A stretch of 24,215 nt of DNA from positions 1-24,215 of the IMG/VR virus record IMGVR_UViG_3300020043_000861. One strand, 5' to 3'. A program made the position numbers and the translations under genes. Below, piece after piece: positions 1-9,684 of this stretch (the first letter of the stretch is position 1; every line of letters begins with the position of its first letter). Source of the DNA: a virus (taxonomy: Duplodnaviria > Caudoviricetes). The notes beneath the pieces were generated by a model. It ran no database searches, was not told where the DNA came from, and saw only the letters and a program-made list of their open reading frames with translations.

Positions 1-30
1 ACACTGGACACAAAATGTTCCAAGGACATC

Positions 31-59
31 TTGGAAATTGGCTCAAAAATCGTTAAACT
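31..59 (+). promoter_or_regulatory. Candidate sigma70-type promoter for the fibre genes; -35 overlapped by a 7-bp inverted repeat (18-36)
   Basis: TTGGAA (31-36), 17-nt spacer, TAAACT (54-59). Inverted repeat TTCCAAG-gacat-CTTGGAA at 18-36. Confidence 0.35.
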
Positions 60-83
60 TAATCACCTTTGCAAAGGATCATC

Positions 84-347
84 ATGTCCAACTATTCACA
101 GATTTCCGCTACCACTTTGGTAAAGAATCAGCCTGGCAAACTAAAAGGCATTTTTTGCAGTAGCGTGACCAGTTCCCCCACAATCACTGTGTACGATGCC
201 CAAACCCCAGGCACAGATGTCAAGATCATTGACACCTACACTCTGACAGCGGCAACGAACATGAACTTCTATGATGGCATCAACTGTGAAAATGGTCTGT
301 ATGTTGTCATTAGCGGCACAGCAAGCGTAACTGTCTATTTCGAATAA
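84..347 (+). CDS. Small beta-rich virion-associated hypothetical protein
   Basis: ATG at 84 with AAGGA at 74-78, preferred over TTG at 69. Stop overlaps the next start (TAATG). Lies in the structural arm. Confidence 0.7.
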   Translation: MSNYSQISATTLVKNQPGKLKGIFCSSVTSSPTITVYDAQTPGTDVKIIDTYTLTAATNMNFYDGINCENGLYVVISGTASVTVYFE

Positions 348-2848
348 TGTCCAACAATACGGCTGTCACTCAGACAACCAACATTGTCCCCGTTCAGGGA
401 GTTTTTGCCCCTGAACCATCGTTTGCCCTCCAATACTTTGTTGGGCCAGCGGGAACACCCTTTCTGCCTCCCTCTGACCCCAACATCAGTGGGGCAACAA
501 TTACCAGTAGCACGATCAATAGCACGACTATTGGGGCGACTTCTCCCTCCACAGGGAATTTCACCAACATTGCCACAGTCACAGGCACGATCTCCACCAC
601 CCCATCAGGCGACACTGACATTGCCAACAAGGGATATGTGGATTCGGTTGCCCAAGGGCTTGATGTCAAGGCTTCATGTGTTTATTCGACCACCAACAAC
701 ATCACTTTGTCGGGTCTTAGCACTCAGGCGGGTGGTGATTGGGCATCGAGCCTGACTGCGGGTGATCGGATTCTTGTTAAGAATCAGTCAAGCAGCCAAT
801 TCAATGGCATTTATGTGGCTTCTGCCTCTACTTGGGCAAGATCATCAGACATGAACACATGGGCTGAAGTCCCATCAGCGTTCACTTTTATTGAATCAGG
901 GACAACTCTAGCTGACTCAGGATGGGTTTGCACTGCCAATCAGGGCGGCACAATTGATGTGACCGCAATGCCTTGGTCGCAGTTCTCAGGTGCGGGAACT
1001 TACCTTGCGGGTAATGGCCTCCAACTAATTGGCAATACATTCTCAGTCAAAGCCAACGGCACGACCTTGGATGTGTCTGCAAGTGGCGTGAAGATTTCCG
1101 ACACTTACCCAGGCCAAACATCCATCACCACTCTAGGCACGATTGCCACAGGCGTGTGGAATGGAACTGACATTGCGGTTGCCGATGGCGGCACAGGGGC
1201 ATCAGATGCCACCACAGCAAGGGCAAATCTGTCTGCGGCTATCTTGGGTGCAAACAACGACATCACAAGCCTCACAGCCTTAACGGGCGGTATCTCTACC
1301 CCCTCATTTGTTCAGTTCAATACGACTCAAGTGCCTTTGCCCACAGATGCAACGGGCAAGATTTATTACGATTACAACGACCAATTCCAAACTCTAGCGT
1401 TCCAAATGAACAGCGGAGTGGTTCAGAAAATTGGTGAGGAAACCTTTTTCCGCATTAAATGCGATGGCGCTATTGCCAAAGGCCAAGTGGTTTCGTTTGC
1501 GGGAACTTTGGGTGCTTCTGGCGGTCTAAAGGGCAAAGCGGCTACAGGCTTGGCGGTTGATGAGGCCAACTACATTTTGGGCGTTGCCACCGAAAGCGGA
1601 AACAATAACGATTGGATTTTCGTCACCTTTTTTGGTGAGGTCAAAGGCATCAACACCACAGGCGGTGCAGAGGCATGGGTTCAAGGTCAAACCTTGTACT
1701 ACAACCCAAGCGTCACAGGCGGTTTGACAAAGACAAAACCCGCAGTTCCTAATGCAATTTGTGTGGTTGCGGCAGTGGTTCATGTGGGTTCATCAAATGG
1801 CATTTTGTTTGTCAGACCCACTTATGGCTCAGTTCTTGGTGGCACTGATGGCAATGTCTCATTTGGCACTTTAGCCAATTTGGATGTGATCCAGTACGAC
1901 AGTACGCTTCAGTATTGGAAGAATGTCTCTGCCTCCACTTTGTCGGTCAGTTATGCCGCCACAGCGGGTTCTGCGGGTTCATCAACCACAGCGGTGACTG
2001 CCACCAATCTAGCGGGTGGAACTTCGGGTGCTTTGCCTTACCAATCAGGTGCGGGTGCAACGACTTTCCTTGGCCTTGGCACAACAAACTATGTGCTGAC
2101 TGCGGGTGCTTCAGCGCCTCAATATGTGGCTCAATCTACCTTGTCGGTGGGAAGCGCCACAACTGCGGGAACGGCTACCAATTTGGCGGGTGGGGCTGCG
2201 GCTTCTATTCCCTATCAGTCAGCAAGTGGCACAACGGCTTTCTTGGCCTCTGGTGCTGGTGATGCCAACAAGGTGCTTCAGAGCAACGGCACAAGCGCCC
2301 CCTCATGGGTAACACCCGTGGCTTATGCGACTGTGACCGATGACACCACCACCAATGCGGTGCGTTATCCACTGTTTGCAGACCAAACCACAGGCAATCT
2401 TGCGACCACTTTGGTCAGTTCTACCAAGTACAACTACAACCCAAGTTCAGGATTGCTCACAGCAACGGGCTTTAGCGGCTCTGGGGCGAGTTTGACAAGC
2501 CTCCCTGCGGGTCAACTATCGGGAACGATTCCAAGCGGTGTATTGGGCAATTCAAGCCTTTATGTTGGCACGACTGCGATTGCCCTGAATCGGTCAAGCA
2601 GCGCACAGTCTTTGACAGGCGTAAACATCGATGGTTCTGCGGGTTCTGCAACGACTGCGGGAACGGCAACAAATGCCACCAATGTGGCGGTGACGGATGA
2701 CACCACAACGGCATCAGATATGTACCTTTCTTGGGTAACTTCCACTACAGGAAATTTGCCAATCAAGGTATCATCCACTAAACTGAAATTTAATCCATCC
2801 ACAGGCGTTTTGACCGCAACTGGTGGCGTTCTTGGAGGCACATTCTGA
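347..2848 (+). CDS. Long modular fibre protein (head or tail fibre), 833 aa
   Basis: Very rich in T/S/G/A. Contains the fibre motif DIANKGYVD, the GDRILVKNQ...NGIYV module, GGTGAS..ATARANL, and internal repeats (ATNLAGG..PYQS x2; TDDTTT...SSTK..NPS.G.LTAT x2). Confidence 0.8.
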   Translation: MSNNTAVTQTTNIVPVQGVFAPEPSFALQYFVGPAGTPFLPPSDPNISGATITSSTINSTTIGATSPSTGNFTNIATVTGTISTTPSGDTDIANKGYVDSVAQGLDVKASCVYSTTNNITLSGLSTQAGGDWASSLTAGDRILVKNQSSSQFNGIYVASASTWARSSDMNTWAEVPSAFTFIESGTTLADSGWVCTANQGGTIDVTAMPWSQFSGAGTYLAGNGLQLIGNTFSVKANGTTLDVSASGVKISDTYPGQTSITTLGTIATGVWNGTDIAVADGGTGASDATTARANLSAAILGANNDITSLTALTGGISTPSFVQFNTTQVPLPTDATGKIYYDYNDQFQTLAFQMNSGVVQKIGEETFFRIKCDGAIAKGQVVSFAGTLGASGGLKGKAATGLAVDEANYILGVATESGNNNDWIFVTFFGEVKGINTTGGAEAWVQGQTLYYNPSVTGGLTKTKPAVPNAICVVAAVVHVGSSNGILFVRPTYGSVLGGTDGNVSFGTLANLDVIQYDSTLQYWKNVSASTLSVSYAATAGSAGSSTTAVTATNLAGGTSGALPYQSGAGATTFLGLGTTNYVLTAGASAPQYVAQSTLSVGSATTAGTATNLAGGAAASIPYQSASGTTAFLASGAGDANKVLQSNGTSAPSWVTPVAYATVTDDTTTNAVRYPLFADQTTGNLATTLVSSTKYNYNPSSGLLTATGFSGSGASLTSLPAGQLSGTIPSGVLGNSSLYVGTTAIALNRSSSAQSLTGVNIDGSAGSATTAGTATNATNVAVTDDTTTASDMYLSWVTSTTGNLPIKVSSTKLKFNPSTGVLTATGGVLGGTF

Positions 2849-3123
2849 TGTGGAAAATACTAGAAATTCAAGCCGATGGCGATCTGATCACAGGCGCTAG
2901 GTATTTCTGCGCTAAAAACGGGGTTGACACAGAAGGTTGGTGGCAGTTTGCCGAGCCTGTTTTGACCACTCCATTTGCTGATGTGACCGAGGAAATGGTT
3001 GTTGGTTGGGTTACAAGAGACATTGGCGCACAAGTTGAGGCAAGGCTTGATGAGCAAGCAGCTACAGTTGCAAAAACTGTAATTGCCCCTTGGTTGCCCC
3101 AAGTTTTTACACCGAGCATCTAA
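2848..3123 (+). CDS. Small fibre-associated protein, putative assembly chaperone
   Basis: Translationally coupled (TGATG) with GGAGG at 2834-2838. The PFADVTEEMVVGWV motif resembles small genes that follow phage fibres. Confidence 0.65.
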   Translation: MWKILEIQADGDLITGARYFCAKNGVDTEGWWQFAEPVLTTPFADVTEEMVVGWVTRDIGAQVEARLDEQAATVAKTVIAPWLPQVFTPSI

Positions 3124-4407
3124 ATGGCACAAACAGGCTTTACCCCAATTCAACTGTACTTTAGCAGTACAACAACCAATGTTCCTTTGGCGGCAAACCT
3201 TGCTAATGGTGAATTGGCAATCAATATCACTGATGGCAAGTTGTTTTATAAAGACAACGCTAGTGCCGTTCAAGTAATTGGTTGGAAAGTTACTCCTACC
3301 ACTGCGGGTGGCACAGGGCTGACAAGTTACACAGCGGGTGATTTAACATATTACGCTAGTGGCACAGCATTTTCTAAACTTGCAATTGGTGCTTCAGGTC
3401 GATATTTATCTAGCACTGGTTCAGCGCCTCAGTGGTCAGCGCCAGCGGCTTTGACAAAGACTGATGACACCAATGTCACTTTGACTTTGGGTGGATCGCC
3501 AAGTACTGCGTTGCTCAATGCCGCTTCTTTAACACTTGGTTGGACAGGAACACTTGCCACAACTAGGGGCGGCACAGGAACTGGAACAGCTTTCACGGCT
3601 GGCTCAGTAGTGTTTGCGGGTGCATCAGGCGTTTATTCTCAAAACAATGCAAACTTCTTTTGGGACAACACCAATAGCCGTTTGGGATTAGGCACAGCAA
3701 GCCCCGCAACTTGGTTGCATATTTCCCCTGGCACTAGTAGTGCATCAGATTTTGAAGTTGCCCGTTTTGTAAATGGTGGCGAAAACGGAACTTATTTAAA
3801 TTTCAATAATGTATTTGGCCCACTTGGTCGATTTACTGTTACCAAGTTTGGTGGTGGCTCAAGCGCAGATGAAGGGAAAATGATTTTTTCCTTGGCAACA
3901 AACTCTGTTTTAGCCACTTGTGCAACATTAGATTACGCAGGAAATTTCTCAGTTGTTGGCGCATTGTCTAAAGGATCGGGGTCTTTCAAGATTGACCATC
4001 CAATCCCATCAATGACAGACACTCATCATTTGGTTCATTCATTTGTTGAAGCACCACAAGCTGATCTGTACTATCGTGGAAAAGTTGCTTTGGTTGACGG
4101 GAAAGCAAGTGTCAACATCGATCAAGCCTCTGGCATGACTGAAGGAACTTTTGTTTTGTTGTGCCGTGATGTTCAATGCTTCACTAGCAACGAAACTGAT
4201 TGGGATGCTGTAAGGGGTTTTGTATCAGGAAACACTTTGACCATTGAATGTCAGAATCAATCATCTACAGCGATGGTTTCATGGCTTGTTATTGGTGAAC
4301 GCCAAGACAAACACATGATGGATACTGAATGGACAGATAAAAATGGAAAAGTAATTGTCGAGCCATTGAAGGTTAGTGACGATACCAATGTAAAGGAAAA
4401 TGTATGA
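3124..4407 (+). CDS. Tail fibre with Mtd_N-like N-terminal attachment motif and a probable C-terminal chaperone-type domain
   Basis: N-terminal P..ANLANGELAINITDGKLFYKD; GGTG repeats; FFWDNTNSRLGLGTASP; C-terminal KGSGSFKIDHP...HSFVEAP domain typical of fibre ends. Confidence 0.78.
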   Translation: MAQTGFTPIQLYFSSTTTNVPLAANLANGELAINITDGKLFYKDNASAVQVIGWKVTPTTAGGTGLTSYTAGDLTYYASGTAFSKLAIGASGRYLSSTGSAPQWSAPAALTKTDDTNVTLTLGGSPSTALLNAASLTLGWTGTLATTRGGTGTGTAFTAGSVVFAGASGVYSQNNANFFWDNTNSRLGLGTASPATWLHISPGTSSASDFEVARFVNGGENGTYLNFNNVFGPLGRFTVTKFGGGSSADEGKMIFSLATNSVLATCATLDYAGNFSVVGALSKGSGSFKIDHPIPSMTDTHHLVHSFVEAPQADLYYRGKVALVDGKASVNIDQASGMTEGTFVLLCRDVQCFTSNETDWDAVRGFVSGNTLTIECQNQSSTAMVSWLVIGERQDKHMMDTEWTDKNGKVIVEPLKVSDDTNVKENV

Positions 4408-6197
4408 GTGTTAATCTTTCCCCTCTGGCTGGTGCTGGTTGGCAATTTTTTGACAATGATGGCGTAATTCTCGCTGGCGGTTTGATTTACACATACGCTG
4501 CGGGTTCATCTACACCTTTGGCAACTTACACCACAAGTGCTGGAAACATTGCCAACGCAAATCCTATTCAACTGGATAGTTCTGGAAGAACCCCAAGCGA
4601 AGTTTGGTTGACTGCTGGCTCAACATACAAGTTTGAAATTAAAACAGCCACAGGCACTTTAATTCGCACTTGGGACAACATTTCAGGCATCAACGACACA
4701 AACACTTTGGCAGAATTAGCCAATAGTAGTGATCCAACAAAAGGCGATGCTTTGGTGGGATTTCGTCAATCAAACTCATCAGGCAATTTGCCAAACACAA
4801 TTGGTAGAACAGTCCATCAAAAATTTCAGCCATACATTGATGCCCATGACTTTGGTGCGTTAGGTCTTAATGCTGATTACACAACGCAACTTCAAAACGC
4901 TATTAATGCAACACCCTTAAATGGTGCTTTGTATCTTCCAAACGGAATTTATCAAATTAGCAGCCAATTGGTAATTAACCAAGCAATTACCATTTTTAGT
5001 GACAATGCACACAACACAGGCACAATTATTTGCCTTGGTTGTTCTGCTTTTAAGATTAATAAAGTTTCGAATGTCGAAATTAAAAGCATGACGATTGCAC
5101 AAGCGGTTCGTTATACGACAACGCCAAATTCTTATTATGGAATTGAAGTGCCTGGCGACACTGTTAATCGTCCATATAATTTGTTATTTCGTGATTTGTA
5201 CATTGATGGATTTCAAACTGCTATTGATACGCAATGGATGTGGTCAAGCGTTTTGGACAATGTGGAATCGGATTTTGGCAAATATGGTTTGATTGCCAAT
5301 AATTTAAGCGCAAACAATGTTGTAACAAATTGCTCTTTTAATGGTGATGGAACTGGTAATGCTATTACCTTAGATGGTTCTGTTGATCCGTCCGAAGGAT
5401 GGATGATCAACAACACATTGACATTTAATAATTATTATGGTGTCTATGGAAAAAACATTGCCCATATTTATATTTCAAACTGCATTTTTGATTTTAACTA
5501 TCAAGCTGGAATTTTGTTAACTAATGACAGCCCACATTGGTCTGCAAATTGGGGAATTGTTAACAACTACATTGCTTTAAATGGTTCAACAGCGCAAGTT
5601 GGCATTTGGTCAACCAATAGTGTGAACGCTGCTTTAAATATTGGCAACATGATTTCAGGAAACACCATTCTTGCTTATCCTGGCGCAACTGCTCTATATG
5701 GTATTTACATGGAAGGGGCGCAATCTAATAACAATGTCATTTCAGGAAATACTCTCAAGAATTTCACAAACAATGACATAAGAACAAACGGGGTTAAGAA
5801 CATCATTATTGGCAACAATTGTCAATCTGCAATTTCATTCAACATTGATTGTGCCGCTGGAATTGTTCAGGGTAATGTTGGAACTTATGTTCAAAATTCA
5901 TTGGTCTTGTGGTCAGGTGGTCAAAGAAAAATTACATACGCAACTGTCAAACCCGCAAGTGGCACATGGGATGAAGGCGACATTTGTTTGAACCTACAGC
6001 CTGGCTATGGCGAGCCAACGGGTTGGACTTGCACATTAGCGGGAACGCCAGGCACATGGTATCCATTTGCACAAGTTGGTGCGACTGCAAGCGTTGGATC
6101 AACACCCTCATTTGTTGGTGAAATTGCAGTTGTTGGCACTACTGCCTATATTGCTGTTGGAACATCAACATCGGGCGATTGGAAACAAATCACATAA
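4404..6197 (+). CDS. Tailspike / polysaccharide depolymerase (pectate-lyase-like parallel beta-helix)
   Basis: N-terminal particle-binding domain (QFFDNDG..LAGG.IYTY.AG...ANPIQLDSSGR). DFGALG..DYTTQLQNAIN...LYLPNGIY marks the start of a Pectate_lyase_3-type fold, followed by Asn-rich ISGNT beta-helix rungs. Confidence 0.85.
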   Translation: MSVNLSPLAGAGWQFFDNDGVILAGGLIYTYAAGSSTPLATYTTSAGNIANANPIQLDSSGRTPSEVWLTAGSTYKFEIKTATGTLIRTWDNISGINDTNTLAELANSSDPTKGDALVGFRQSNSSGNLPNTIGRTVHQKFQPYIDAHDFGALGLNADYTTQLQNAINATPLNGALYLPNGIYQISSQLVINQAITIFSDNAHNTGTIICLGCSAFKINKVSNVEIKSMTIAQAVRYTTTPNSYYGIEVPGDTVNRPYNLLFRDLYIDGFQTAIDTQWMWSSVLDNVESDFGKYGLIANNLSANNVVTNCSFNGDGTGNAITLDGSVDPSEGWMINNTLTFNNYYGVYGKNIAHIYISNCIFDFNYQAGILLTNDSPHWSANWGIVNNYIALNGSTAQVGIWSTNSVNAALNIGNMISGNTILAYPGATALYGIYMEGAQSNNNVISGNTLKNFTNNDIRTNGVKNIIIGNNCQSAISFNIDCAAGIVQGNVGTYVQNSLVLWSGGQRKITYATVKPASGTWDEGDICLNLQPGYGEPTGWTCTLAGTPGTWYPFAQVGATASVGSTPSFVGEIAVVGTTAYIAVGTSTSGDWKQIT

Positions 6198-6219
6198 TTT
6201 ATTAACAGAAGGAAAAATT

Positions 6220-6513
6220 ATGGCTCTGCGTAAAATTATCGAAGCTGAAGGCAAATCAATAATTCAAACCACCTATGGTTCTATTGAAAACGGCACTCAG
6301 CGAGTTTCTTTTTCTGCCTATGTTAAAGTGGTTGGAATTAGTGGCGACAAAGAAAAAGTAAACGCCAACATCTTATTCAAAGGTGATGCTTGTGAATTTA
6401 CTAAACAGTACCAAGTGCCTGTTTCAGTTCAAGACAATGCGTTAAATTTTATTGCTCAAATTTATCAATACTTAAAAACATTGCCAGAATTTAGTGGCGC
6501 TGAAGATTGCTAA
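6220..6513 (+). CDS. Tailspike-associated small protein (97 aa)
   Basis: ATG at 6220 preceded by AAGGA, preferred over the track start at 6067 that overlaps the tailspike. C-terminal YQYLKTLPEFSGAEDC resembles fibre-adjacent genes. Confidence 0.7.
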   Translation: MALRKIIEAEGKSIIQTTYGSIENGTQRVSFSAYVKVVGISGDKEKVNANILFKGDACEFTKQYQVPVSVQDNALNFIAQIYQYLKTLPEFSGAEDC

Positions 6514-6527
6514 TTTAAGGATAAAAA

Positions 6528-7502
6528 ATGACTCAGCCAATTGACATTATTACCAGAGCCATGAAAGACATTGGCGCTATTGCCGCTGGTGAAGTGCCAA
6601 CGGCTGATGAGGCGCAAGATGGTCTGGATATGCTTAACGATATGCTTGCCCAATGGTCAAATGAAAACATGATGGTTTTCTACCGATCAGAGATCATCTT
6701 TCAAACCACCCAAAACCAAGTTCAGTACACCATTGGCCCAAGCGGTCAAATGGGCGCTACCTTTACAGGTTCAATTGCGGGTAATACTTTAACAGTCCCC
6801 GCTAATGGCGTGACTGCGGGTGGCATCAACATTGGCATGACTTTGAGTGGCACAGGCATTATTGCGGGAACTCGCATTGTGGCGTTTAAAACGGGCGCTG
6901 GTGGCAATGTGAACGAGGGTGGCACATACACTGTCAGCCCAAGCCAAACAACGGCAAGCACAACGATTACAGCCTACTATGAGCGCCCCCTGACGATTGA
7001 ATCAGGCTTTGTTCGTGTGGCTACTATGCAAGGCGGCTCAAACATTGCGGGTGGATACTTAGACTATCCCTTGACAGTGTTTAGTCTTGAAGAATACGAA
7101 TCCATCGGCATCAAGCAATTGAACGGCCCTTGGGCAAAAGGCATTTACTACCAACCCTCAGAGTTGTTGGGAACAATCTATGTTTACCCTAACCCATCTC
7201 AGGGTGAATTGCACTTGTTTACTCAGACAATCTTTAGGGAATTTAACAGCCTGAACGACACTATCCAACTGCCACAGGGTTACAACATGGCTTTGCGGTG
7301 GTGCTTGGCTGAAAGACTTTTGCCTATGTACGGCAAGGTCAATCAAGTGTCTATTGGTCTAATCAATGCGTATGCAGCACAAGGCAAGGCAACGATCAAG
7401 CGCACTAATATGCGCCCTGTACAGATTGCACGATACCCTGACAGTCTCATGGTGGGTCGTGCTAAAGATGCGGGATTCATCATGGATGGAGGCTTTAGAT
7501 AA
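6528..7502 (+). CDS. Head-to-tail adaptor, P22 gp4-like, with an inserted Gly/Thr-rich beta domain
   Basis: DIITRAM..IG....[24 protein letters not shown]-terminus, C-terminal LP.GY..AL...LA.RL.PMYG, and position directly before the gp10-like gene. AAGGA upstream. Confidence 0.8.
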   Translation: MTQPIDIITRAMKDIGAIAAGEVPTADEAQDGLDMLNDMLAQWSNENMMVFYRSEIIFQTTQNQVQYTIGPSGQMGATFTGSIAGNTLTVPANGVTAGGINIGMTLSGTGIIAGTRIVAFKTGAGGNVNEGGTYTVSPSQTTASTTITAYYERPLTIESGFVRVATMQGGSNIAGGYLDYPLTVFSLEEYESIGIKQLNGPWAKGIYYQPSELLGTIYVYPNPSQGELHLFTQTIFREFNSLNDTIQLPQGYNMALRWCLAERLLPMYGKVNQVSIGLINAYAAQGKATIKRTNMRPVQIARYPDSLMVGRAKDAGFIMDGGFR

Positions 7503-8980
7503 TGGCAGACTTTGGCTTTGTTGGCACATCCTACACCGCCCCATCAATCTACCAAGACGATCAGGAGTGCATCAATTTCTTTGCTGAGATTGATCCTACT
7601 AAGCAGCCTGGTGAACGAGGGATTGTGGCGCTGTATCCAACGCCAGGTCTTGAACTTCAAACCCAATTAGCCAATGCCCAAGTTCGTGGGCTGCACACCA
7701 TGTCGGGTGAGCAAATCCTAATTGCGGTGGCGGGTAACATTGTTTATAAAGTCAACCTTTCAATGGTGGCAACTCAGATCGGCAATTTGACTACTTCAAC
7801 GGGTCAAGTTGTTATTTCTGACAATATCACCAGCACCGATGGCTTGATTGCCTACATTGTGGATGGCCCAAATCGTTACACATGGGTTGTTGATACAAAC
7901 ACCTTTACACAATTACCAAGCAGTGATGGCCCGTGGCAGGGCGCTACTGTGGTAGATGTGATTGACAACTACAACATCTATAACGAGCCAAACTCACAGA
8001 ATTGGGCTTGTACTGATCTAGGCTCACGGCTATCCACTCAGGCGCTTTACGGCACTTCTGATGGCTCATCAGACTTGCTTGTGACGCTGATTGCAGACCG
8101 CAGACAAGTCTATTTGTTGGGCGAGACCACCACCGAGGTTTGGACAGATGTGGGCAATGTGATCGCTGGCATTACCACTTTCCCTTTCCAACGAGTGCCT
8201 GGCACGTTTAGCCAAACAGGATGTGCCGCTAAATACTCTGTCGCTAGGTTTGCCGACTCTTTTGTGATTGTGGCAAAAGACACAAGGGGTAACTCAACCA
8301 TCGAGATGATGCAGGGTTATGCTTGGGTCAAGATTTCCACTCATGCTGTTGAACAGTCTTTGCTCAATCAAGTGGTGTCGGATGCCGTGGCGTACACCTA
8401 TCAAATCGAAGGTCACGAAATGTATGTGGTGACTTTCCCATCTGTGGGTGAGTATGGCCTCACATGGGTTTATGATTTATCTACAAAGTCATGGCATAAA
8501 TGGTTGTCTTGGGACTCTGCCAACGCTGTGTACAAGCGCCATCGTTCAAACTGCGGTGCTTATTTTGCCAATATGTACATTGTAGGAGACTACGAGAATG
8601 GCAAACTGTACAGCTTAGAAAATGAACTTTACACAGATAATGGTGCAACCATCAGGCGTTTGCGTAGAGCAAAACACCTGACTACTGACTTACAAAGACA
8701 GTATTTTGAGGAATTCCAAATCCAATTTCAGCCTGGCGTTGGTTTAAATACTGGTCAAGGCCAAGACCCTCAAGCCATGTTGAGATGGTCAAACGATGGT
8801 GGCTCAACTTGGTCAAACGAACATTGGGTGACTATTGGCAAAATTGGTCAATACTTAAACCGAGCCATTTGGAGGCGTTTGGGATGGTCAAGGGACAGAA
8901 TCTTTGAGGTGGTGCTTACCGACCCCATCAAGGCGGTTATTGTGTCTGCAAACCTTAAAGCAAGCGCAGGGGATAACTAA
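7502..8980 (+). CDS. Tail hub / packaged DNA stabilisation protein, P22 gp10-like
   Basis: LYPTPGL N-terminal motif; TTEVW..G....FPFQR; YQIEGH..YVVTFP; TWVYD..T..WH; LRWSNDGG.TWS..W..IG..G.Y..R..WRRLG..RDRIFE. Confidence 0.88.
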   Translation: MADFGFVGTSYTAPSIYQDDQECINFFAEIDPTKQPGERGIVALYPTPGLELQTQLANAQVRGLHTMSGEQILIAVAGNIVYKVNLSMVATQIGNLTTSTGQVVISDNITSTDGLIAYIVDGPNRYTWVVDTNTFTQLPSSDGPWQGATVVDVIDNYNIYNEPNSQNWACTDLGSRLSTQALYGTSDGSSDLLVTLIADRRQVYLLGETTTEVWTDVGNVIAGITTFPFQRVPGTFSQTGCAAKYSVARFADSFVIVAKDTRGNSTIEMMQGYAWVKISTHAVEQSLLNQVVSDAVAYTYQIEGHEMYVVTFPSVGEYGLTWVYDLSTKSWHKWLSWDSANAVYKRHRSNCGAYFANMYIVGDYENGKLYSLENELYTDNGATIRRLRRAKHLTTDLQRQYFEEFQIQFQPGVGLNTGQGQDPQAMLRWSNDGGSTWSNEHWVTIGKIGQYLNRAIWRRLGWSRDRIFEVVLTDPIKAVIVSANLKASAGDN

Positions 8981-9243
8981 TGGCTACGGCAATTCCAAAT
9001 GCCAACATTAACATCCCCTATGCAGCGTTTTTGGATGAAAACACGGGTCGCCCATCTCAAGCATGGTTGCAGTGGTTGATGAATCCAAATGTGATTACTT
9101 TTAACACATCTAACACAAACATTAATGGCGGCACGATCAATAATGTGGTGATCAATAATTCCACCATTGGATTGACAACCCCCGCAGCGGGTAAATTTAC
9201 CGATTTCACCGCCCTGAATGGGGTCAAGGGAGGCACATTTTGA
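8980..9243 (+). CDS. Small tail protein at the P22 gp26 (needle/plug) position
   Basis: Coupled to gp10 (TAATG). Contains D..TGRPSQAWLQWL followed by a fibre-like INGGTINN..IG.TTPAAG.FT segment. Confidence 0.6.
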   Translation: MATAIPNANINIPYAAFLDENTGRPSQAWLQWLMNPNVITFNTSNTNINGGTINNVVINNSTIGLTTPAAGKFTDFTALNGVKGGTF

Positions 9244-9683
9244 ACGACTTAGAATTGCCAAGCCATGTTTCCCGTGAGCAAGTTGAGCGTCTCCAAGCGG
9301 AAATGGCGACCATGCCACAGGCAGAACTAACTACAGAACATAGTTTTAGCCCAGGTATGTATATGCGGAAAGTTTTTCGACCCGCTGGCACTTTAATTGT
9401 GGGCAAAGTTCATAAAGAACCCCACTTTTTTTTATGTGCAAAAGGCGAGATAATTGCGTGGACAGAAAGCGGAATGAAAAGGCTTCAGGCAGGGGATGTT
9501 GTGGAATCCAAGCCTGGCACGAAACGGGTAACTCTAGCTGTGACAGATGCAATTGGCATCACTATTCACAGAACTGAAAAGACCGATCTTGATGAAATTG
9601 AAGCTGAATTGATTGAGCCAGATACGACCGCACTTTTTGATGCCAATAATGACATTAAAAAATTAAGAATTGAAGGGGAATAA
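9240..9683 (+). CDS. Cupin-fold protein
   Basis: HSFSPGMYMR....PAGT.IVGKVHK.PH and S.PGTKR cupin-like motifs. TTG start overlapping the previous stop, with GGAGG at 9229-9233. Confidence 0.7.
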   Translation: MNDLELPSHVSREQVERLQAEMATMPQAELTTEHSFSPGMYMRKVFRPAGTLIVGKVHKEPHFFLCAKGEIIAWTESGMKRLQAGDVVESKPGTKRVTLAVTDAIGITIHRTEKTDLDEIEAELIEPDTTALFDANNDIKKLRIEGE

Positions 9684-9684
9684 T

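Noticed and set aside
1990-2820. Repeats in the fibre gene as CRISPR or DGR template/variable repeats
   Set aside because: The repeats are degenerate at DNA level and conserved as protein. There are no spacers, no adenine-specific mismatch pattern was noticed, and no reverse transcriptase is in the window.
384-2841. Alternative-frame and antisense ORFs within the long fibre gene
   Set aside because: Expected by-products of Thr/Ala/Gly codon bias; no protein-like motifs.
6067-6219. N-terminal extension of the ORF ending at 6513
   Set aside because: It overlaps the tailspike C-terminus; a good SD supports ATG 6220.
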